A stretch of DNA of 64,000 nt. Source: the human T2T-CHM13v2.0 reference genome, Homo sapiens. The DNA lies in the NCBI RefSeq assembly GCF_009914755.1, contig NC_060947.1; one strand, written 5' to 3'. The translations under genes were made by a program, and so were the position numbers. Shown here one piece after another: positions 50,053 through 64,000 of the stretch (the stretch's first letter is position 1; each line of letters starts with the position of its first letter). Under the pieces are notes generated by a model that saw only the letters and a program-made list of their open reading frames with translations, was not told the DNA's origin and did no database searches.

Positions 50053-51185
50053 ACCAGGTGACATTACTCCAGATAAAATTGACTCTGGATTGGTAAACAA
50101 ACTGCATCTGGACTGGAGGACTGAGTAAACTATGACTGGCTGGTAGGAAGCCATGGATTGGGGTTTTCTGAGCACATTGCCACTCAGTGATAAGTAACTG
50201 GGCCCATCTTTTGCTGGGATCCTCGAAGCCATGCCACTGGGACCATTACAAGAGATACTGGTCTATGGAACAGGTTAGGGCTTCCAAGCAACATCATCCT
50301 AGCACTCAGCAGTGTGGTTTTGTTCCCCAGCACCGGAGCTATCACGAGGGAGGGGCAGATTGGGCTAACAGCTCCTGGATTGCTCTGAGAAGCCCTCCTG
50401 CTGGAGAAGCCTGCCTGTCCCCACCCTCTGGCACGCTGGCTTTCCTGCCCCTCTCCTGCACAGCTGGGTAAACTGGTGCCACTGTGGCTGATTTGGGCCT
50501 TATGGGTGCAGCGAGTGGCTTGAATTGAAGGCCACCAAGTGTGGGCGTGACAGGATGGGATCTGGAGCAGAAACAGGCGGGTTATTAGTCTTTGCAAGGA
50601 ATTGGGGCGCTTGTAGAAGTGAGTTCTTGTTTGGTGGTGACAAGGCCAAGCACAGACCTTTCCCCTTTTGCTTCAGTCAGCTGCCCAGGCCACAAACCTC
50701 TGGCTTCCTGTTCTTTGTTTCATGATTGATTAGCTATGTTTAGAACTGTTTGTTGTAGCTCTGTGTCCCCTGTGAAGGCTGCTCTGTCAGCCCCAGGCAG
50801 GATTGACTTCCTCCTTTGTGGACCACCCGGACCCCTTCCTACATCTGTCACTGTCCCTGTGAGGCAGGCTTCCTCCCTGCCTCTGTTTCATCTATGAGTG
50901 TCTTGAGTGTCTTAAGTGTCACTTTTCTCCCTCCACTAAACTGAAGCTCCTTGAGTTCAAGAGGTGTGGTTTTGTATCAATCTTTACTTCACAGGACTTA
51001 CCAGCCCGGCCTCTGTTCAGTAAACATGTGTTGAATGAATGAATTTCCAGGGTAAAATATTTCTCATACCCTATCTGTTTCTCCTATAAAGTTCAAAATG
51101 ATTTTAGTCATATAGATACTCTATGTAATATACTATGCCAAACTGACTAGTGACTGGCATAAGAACAATTATATGAGAAAGGCCA

Positions 51186-51530
<345 letters not shown>

Positions 51531-51609
51531 TCATTCCTGGCTGTGTGACCTGGGTTAGTTACTTAGGCTCTGTGCACCTCACGCTCTTCATCTGTCAAGT
51601 TTCTCCTAG

Positions 51610-52023
<414 letters not shown>

Positions 52024-52152
52024 TGAATGTTCTGTACTGAGGGGCAGATAGCTGTGTGCATGGGGCCATCACCTTCAGCCTGCAGGGGTGGGCCTAGGTT
52101 CTGGAATTCCTCAGCATTAATAACGAAGTCCTATGTCATTTCCCCCGAACAG

Positions 52153-52263
52153 GGTATCTAGTTGCGAAGCCAGATGTGATCTTCAGGTTGGGACCAGGTG
52201 AAGAGTCCTGGATGGCAGATGGGGGGACCCCGGTACGGACCTGTGCAGGTGAGGACAGGCCAG
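52153..52263 (+). CDS. KRBOX4: KRBOX4 KRAB-B exon (111 nt; alternative 96-nt form ends at 52248)
   Basis: GYLVAKPDVIFRLGPGEESWMADGGTPVRTCAGEDRP; donors CAG|GTGAGG (52249) and CAG|GTGAGT (52264). Confidence 0.93.
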
Positions 52264-55079
52264 GTGAGTCAGGCCGGGGAAAGGAGACCAGGTTGGTTGG
52301 TGAGAGCTTGGCCTCTGGGATGTGCTCAGGAGCCCTTCTCAGAGCCTCGGACTTGTGGACATGCCTAGGCTCTGATGAGCAGAACTGTTGTCATGTCCAA
52401 ATGAGGCCTCTGCCTGGCCGCCGGTTACAGTCTCTGTGTTCTTTGTTTGGCATTCACATAGATTGTGGCCACTTGTTCTGAGATCCCATTTCTACCTTCC
52501 AGCCTCCTGGCTTGTTAGTGAGAAGTGCCAAGCCCCTTCTCATTCCTCTCCCACCACCTTTCTGGAAGCTTTTAAGACTTATTCTCCCACCTTCTTGGCC
52601 TTTTGTATTTTCACCATAGTAGATGTATTAATAGATGTCAGCATTTTCTCTTTATTGGGCATACTGTGGGCCCTTTCAGGCTGAAATTTGGCCTTTTTTT
52701 TTTAGCCTAAGGTAGATTATCATACCTGTTTTTTTGTTTGTTTTTTGTTTGTTTGTTTGTTTGTTTTGAGTCACTATGGACACCAAAGCTTTGCCAGTGA
52801 CCTTTACCCAGCCAGGTACCCACCACGTTCTTGCCTGCTTTCACTTTGTGGTTAACACTGTAAACCTCACACCATTTTCTGTTTTCTCTACTTATTTCTT
52901 CTCAGACTCTTACAAATCTGACTTCATACTACTTGTTATCAGATTCCTCCATTTTTCAATACGTCCTTCCTACTCAACTCTTGTTTTTGTTATTATCTCT
53001 TTACTTTTTCAAAAAAAAAAAAACACACTTGAGAGGACATTACTCCCAGGGTGGAATACTTCAGTGAACCGTATTTTAGTCCTGCATAGAACTGCTTTTT
53101 CCTTGTCTATTTTTCCTGTGGGCTACCTACAAGGATCCAGAAACTCTTCAGATACACTGGTCTACTCTTTCTCTCCCCTTCATAGTACCCCCTTCACTGG
53201 CCCATGGCAAAGAAGCCTGTTTAGAATGCTATTACTCTTCAGAGGGTGATCCCTGCCTGGGCATTGTTGGGGCACTAAGTAGAAAATCAGAATCAGGCCC
53301 CACTCTAGATTTTCTGAAAGAGAATGTGCATTTCAACAAGCTCCCCAGGGACCCCATAGGCACAGTAAAGCTTGAAAAGCACTGCTCGTTAGAGATTAAT
53401 TTCAGAGCATCAGCTGTAGTCAGGTGCTGGCCCCAAGGACCTACAGGTGACTCCTCAGATGGCTTCCTCCAGAACCCACTCCTCAGCACACACTCTCTGA
53501 GATCCTCCCTGTGCTGGCATTTGTGGCTCCCACCACTCTAGCTTCCCCCAGGAATGTTTTGGGTGATGATAACCTCTTTGTTGCTCAGTGTAATTCCCTA
53601 TTTGCTGCTTAGAGATTCATCAGGATTTCTGATGTGCTGATGGTATGCTTGCTTTTTTCCAGTGATGCCTGGAATTGTAATGACTGTGTGTCTTGTTCTC
53701 ATTTCAGTGCTATCCCAGAAGGGAGGAAAAGCAAATTCAGGCACAGTCTACCCTCCTGAGTCCCAATTCCCTAAGAAAAACTATATTATATTAAAATACA
53801 GACATTTATATATTCAGTCTAAGAGTGCAGAACAGTATAGGCTAAAAGGTAATCTTAGGTGCATTCCCAATCACACCTCCCAAGGGCAGCTTCTAAAGAT
53901 TTCTCTTTTGGTTCTGGTGAGCACCTCCATAGGTTTAGGGAATGCCTTTATATCTGCATTTTGCGGGTTTTCAGTTTTATCTTCTCTCTATGAAAAGTAA
54001 GGATTTCCCTCACACTTTGGCCCTCCACTCCCCAGCTCTTCACAAGTTTGTTATATGCTTATTTTTAGTTCCTTTATTGGTTACATTTGTAACTTTAAAT
54101 AATATAGCTACGCATTTCATATGGTAACTTTTAAAAAATCTAGCTAAGTGCCAGTGGCTCATTTCTTTAGCTCAAACACAACCCCTAGACATAAGAGCCT
54201 ACATCTTGTTCTGACTTGTTCCAGTGTGGGACTGGTGGAAGACATTCAATAAATATTGCACTGATTGTTTTGGACCTGGGCAGAGGAAGGAGCTTTGTTA
54301 TTCATCCACATACAAGTGGCTAAGAGCATGGACTGTGGAGCCACATAGCCTGGGCTGGAATTCTGGCCGCTTCCCTCACTAGCTATCACTGTGTACACAT
54401 TGGTTGGCCTCTCTACCTGTTGTAGAATGGGGCTAATGATAAAACTGAATTTTCAGAAATTAATGAGTTGATCCATGTAAAGCACCTAAAAGGGTGCCTG
54501 GCATAAAGGAAACAACAAATGATATCACTATTTTTATTGTTGTTATTATCCATAAAAACAGTTTTTTTTAATTTAATGTGGTTGTTAACCAGAGATGTAT
54601 TACATAGTTACCTGTGGATCTGTCAGAATACTCATGAGTAGGCCCCACTCTAGAAATTGTTTCAGAAAGCCTGGGGTAGGCCTGGTTATGTGCATTTTGA
54701 GTGACACTCCAGAGGGTTCTGATGCCCATCTTTGGTTAAGATCCACTACTTGAAATATCTGCTGAGAGGAATTGCAAGGAAATAGGAGACGGCAATGAGC
54801 ATGCGAGCAGGATGGGATGGGAAGACAGGAGCACATTGACTCACTCCTAGACAGCTCTCCAAACTCCCAGGGTTGGAAGCAGAAAACAGCAGAAAGCAAC
54901 TTGAATTTCTGCCCTATTTCTCCATATTTAAATCTATTTCAGGAACTATATTTTTCCCTCTGTCTCCTGGATGAAACCTCTGGTTGGTCCCATAAGTTCA
55001 CTGGTCATTCTGAGATAATAAAAATCTTCTAGGAACTGTTACTTTCAAGAGTAGCCTCATTATAGTAATGAAAACTGTC

Positions 55080-61000
<5,921 letters not shown>

Positions 61001-61702
61001 TCTGTGTACCCTAAGCTATGAAAGCATCACTGCAGAACTATTTGGATTGCCACTGCTGGGGCCCACTGGTTTCACTAATGCAGGAACAATTTATAGGTGA
61101 ATTTATCAACTTCGGGGGTTTTGTATTATACTTCAAATGTCCATTTGGAATGCACTCCTACATGTGGTACAGGACTGTGGTTCTGACTTCTTGTAAGTAA
61201 CCCCTGATTCTTCTTAACATTTTCATTAGCCAGTGGGTGACATCTTTCTAGTTCCTATTTTACACACAGAGATGTCCTTTGTGACTCCCAGCTTTAAGCA
61301 GGTAGCTCAATTCTAATTCTCTGCACATTTGTGCCCTGTGGCCTAGAATTCACCTCACACTCATGATTAGAGCCTTAATCCCCCAACTGCAAAGCCACAC
61401 AGCTTCAATTTCTGTTCACTCCCTCACTTTAAATTTCTTCTTCATTTTTGTCACATAATAAATTTATTTTCTGGTTTGAGCTTGGCTGCATATTAAATTA
61501 TTTTTGTTAAATTTGAGCCAGCATTTCTCTGTACTTGCACTCAGGGGAGGTGGTGGTGGTGGGACATGGGGAGGGTCCATCCACATCAGCTCAAGTCATG
61601 TTGATAGGAGTTCACTGCTTGGGCATTTAGGGATTAATGTTATTCCATAACATTCTAGTGGAAAGACTTAACAAGTTTGATGATTCATTCATTTTCTTCT
61701 AG

Positions 61703-61965
61703 AAGTCTGGCAAGTTGATGAGCAGATAGATCACTACAAGGAAAGCCAAGACAAACTTCCTTGGCAAGCTGCATTCATAGGCAAGGAAACACTGAAGGAT
61801 GAAAGCGGTCAAGAATCCAGAACATGTAGAAAAAGCATTTATCTGAGCACAGAATTTGATTCTGTAAGGCAAAGACTCCCTAAATATTATTCGTGGGAAA
61901 AGGCATTCAAAACATCATTTAAACTTTCTTGGTCAAAATGGAAGCTATGTAAGAAAGAAAGATGA
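61703..61965 (+). CDS. KRBOX4: KRBOX4 last coding exon; spliced product is a 171-aa KRAB-only protein
   Basis: TTTTCTTCTAG| phase-1 acceptor, [16 protein letters not shown]...[27 protein letters not shown] at 61963-65. Exon sum 15+127+111+263 = 516 nt = 171 aa + stop. Confidence 0.93.
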
Positions 61966-62119
61966 TGGATGTAAAGCATATTGGAAAGTATGCTTCCATT
62001 ATAATCTTCATAAAGCTCAACCTGCAGAGAGATTTTTTGACCCTAATCAACGAGGGAAAGCCCTCCACCAAAAGCAAGCCCTTAGAAAAAGTCAGAGAAG
62101 TCAAACTGGGGAGAAACTC

Positions 62120-63437
<1,318 letters not shown>

Positions 63438-63569
63438 TACCTTGTCATATTGTGCATTAAAGAATTCATTGAGTGTAATCATGTAAGTCTAACACACATT
63501 TAAAAAGCTCTCAGATATCATTTCGCCTTCGGTTGATGTAAGAAAATTCAAAAGCTACTCAAATCATTC

Positions 63570-63575
63570 AATAAA
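63570..63575 (+). terminator. Candidate KRBOX4 poly(A) signal AATAAA (duplicate at 63878-83)
   Basis: AATAAA followed by an (ATTT)n T-rich tract. Confidence 0.5.
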
Positions 63576-63585
63576 TGATAAAATT

Positions 63586-63877
63586 ATTTATTTATTTATT
63601 TATTTATTTTTGAGACAGGTTATCGCTCTGTCACTTAGGCTGGGATGCAGTGGCATGATCACGGCTCATCAGAGCTTTGACTTCCCAGGCTCAGGTTATC
63701 CTCCCACCTCAGCCTCCCGAGTAGTGGGGACTACAGGCACCCACCACTACACCCAGCTAATTTTTGTATTTTTTTAGATGGGATTTTGCCGTGTTGCCCA
63801 AGCTAGTCTCGAACTCCTGGGCTCAAGTGTTCTGCCCACCTCAGCCTCCCAGAGTGCTAGGATTACAGGTGTGAGCC
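63586..63877 (-). mobile_element. Alu (AluJ-like)
   Basis: Reverse Alu; TSD CAATAAATGATAAA. Confidence 0.92.
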
Positions 63878-64000
63878 AATAAATGATAAATTCCTTACCC
63901 ATGAGTTTTAGTAACATTGTACATCAAATAATTTATGAAGGGTCGAAACCATGAAGCTAGCAAACACTGGAATGCCTTTGGAAAGAAGTGAGGTGTCATC

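Overview
Primate (most likely human) genomic DNA, mostly interspersed repeats. From recall of the protein, it is the Xp11.3 KRBOX4 (ZNF673/KRABD4) locus. One protein-coding gene lies on the + strand: a CpG-island promoter at ~35.8-36.6 kb, two non-coding exons and four coding exons giving a 171-aa KRAB-only protein. Its C2H2 zinc-finger array survives out of frame in the 3' UTR. The window also holds the 5' 5 kb of a dead L1PA element with an open antisense ORF0 frame, three processed pseudogenes (CTNNBL1, GAPDH, VEZT; all minus strand), about 23 Alus, DNA-transposon fossils and three TSD-bounded class III LTR elements. The most notable observations are: (1) two of the three LTR elements are MaLR/ERV-L chimeras with different LTRs inside one target-site duplication, in reciprocal configurations; (2) swapped TSDs reveal an Alu-Alu mediated ~1 kb inversion in KRBOX4 intron 3; (3) the VEZT retrocopy carries a 73-nt stop-codon cassette exon and an AT-rich templated insertion. 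Repeat subfamily names and gene symbols come from memory of consensus sequences, not from a database search.
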